The position numbers and the translations under genes were made by a program. This document shows positions 39,201 to 40,616 of a DNA stretch of 64,000 nucleotides, in pieces; within the stretch, counting starts at the first letter, position 1; the number at the start of each line of letters is the position of its first letter. The notes below the pieces were generated by a model. The model saw only the letters and a list, made by a program, of their open reading frames with translations. It did not search any database and was not told where the DNA came from. This DNA is from an uncultured Gammaproteobacteria bacterium (lineage in GTDB: Bacteria; Patescibacteriota; Microgenomatia; UBA10105; UBA927): contig CAYIBX010000002.1 in NCBI GenBank assembly GCA_964361785.1, forward strand, positions 21,160 to 85,159. Reading direction: 5' to 3'.

Positions 39201-40616
39201 AAAAATGGCCTTAAAGCGCTGTGGCGATGGGTGCGTAGCAAATGGCGGGGGATGACGATGCTTCTTTTGGCCGGCGTGCTGGCTGGAGCGGTGGCGATGC
39301 AGAGTATAGCTGTGCGAAAAACAAATGAACAGAATACTATAATGCCGTACCAAAATGTACAGGTCATTCATGTAAACCTCTTGGAGAAAACAGCCTATCC
39401 ATTTGCACAGAATATAGCGATTCATCTTAAAGATTTGTCAAACACTATGGAAAATCAGTGTCTAGTCGGGATACCAACGGGTCGTGTGTTTGCCGTAGAA
39501 TTAAACAGTGCTTCTGTTATGTCCGTTGGCGCTTTGTGTGGTATATCCCAAGCCTTGTCTCCTCAAGTGGCCGCTGCCGGATCATGGGTAGGCTCGTATG
39601 GATATTTTATGCCAAACCGTACAGCTGGTCTTTATGCGAACAATTTACTTCAGGGGTTAGATTGGGAATATGGTTATAAAACACTTCTCGGTTGGCTCCC
39701 AAATATTCCTCCACCGACACCTGATACAGCAGCAGCCACAGCATTTACTGAGGTATACTGTTCAGCTGACGGGGATTCAACATCAGTGTACCGAAAAGAA
39801 ATAGATTTGGATCGAAGTATTCGGGGGATAAAACCATCCGGCACAGTCAACGTTGAATTAGTGAAAACCTGTTCAAATGGATGCGCGCGCGGTGCCTGTT
39901 TAGAACCACCTGCAGGAAGCGCATGCAAAGAAGGAGAAGTCTACTTAAGGGCTGATTCGAAGTGTTTTGTCACATGCACAAACGGCGTTTTGGTTTCCGG
40001 AAGCACATGTGATCATGTCGATGTACTTTCGAGCAACAACATGCTCTTTGCTCAAACACATCAGGCGCTCTCGCAATTACCACCAGAGATGTTTGAAGGA
40101 ATAAGAGTGCCATATCTAATTAATTCTACGCGGTTTAATTCGTATGATCACGGTCAATATTCTTATAAGGACTGTATGGATCTTTTTATCGGTGATTTAC
40201 CATGTTATCCATATGCAGAAGTCCGACTTGGTCTCTCAAAAAGCCCATATGATCCCTATTGGAAATTTCGGTATGTTGCTGTTCATGAATTTTTTCATAT
40301 ATGGAGTGAATCACAATACCAAACAAATTATGCAGCGTTTGAACGGTATGTAAAAAAGACAGGATGTTCTAGGTCTTTGGACGACTCTTTTGTGTATGGG
40401 GAGGGGTTTGCGCCTGTAACTGGATATAATACGAATCCGATGCATATTCCTTGTGGGGAGGATTTTGCAGATACAGCAGCTTGGTATGTGGATTTATCCT
40501 GTGAATTGCGTAATCGTTCAGAAGAAGTAAATCAATCACAGGATCGATACGAATTTATGCGCGAGGAGGTGTTTGGCGGTAAAGAATATCTACCCCCTGA
40601 AGGGTGTTCAAAATAA
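210..40616 (+). CDS. Giant multidomain membrane-anchored protein (about 13,468 aa). It has an N-terminal signal-anchor helix, coiled-coil regions, two SecA-like / SF2 P-loop ATPase modules, a protein-kinase-like module, two GNAT-like modules, a transglutaminase-like module, several TM clusters and a C-terminal Cys-rich HExxH module
   Basis: A single open frame of 40,407 nt with no stop in roughly 40% GC DNA, which cannot plausibly arise by chance. The track start is GTG at 210, and an alternative in-frame ATG at 375 ([15 protein letters not shown]...) lies directly before the first hydrophobic helix. Codon usage appears uniform throughout. Recognisable motifs are listed in the findings. Confidence 0.85.
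   Translation: [13468 protein letters not shown]

Noticed and set aside
285-40000. Dozens of 60-170 aa ORFs on the minus strand and in alternative plus frames inside the giant gene. Examples are 335..742 encoding a Pro-rich peptide, 694..1320, 4346..4804, 31445..31960 and 29253..29657.
   Set aside because: They are antisense or out-of-frame shadows of a 40 kb sense ORF. Low-complexity products such as poly-Pro merely mirror Gly-rich sense codons. None carries recognisable motifs or start context, so I treat them as spurious.
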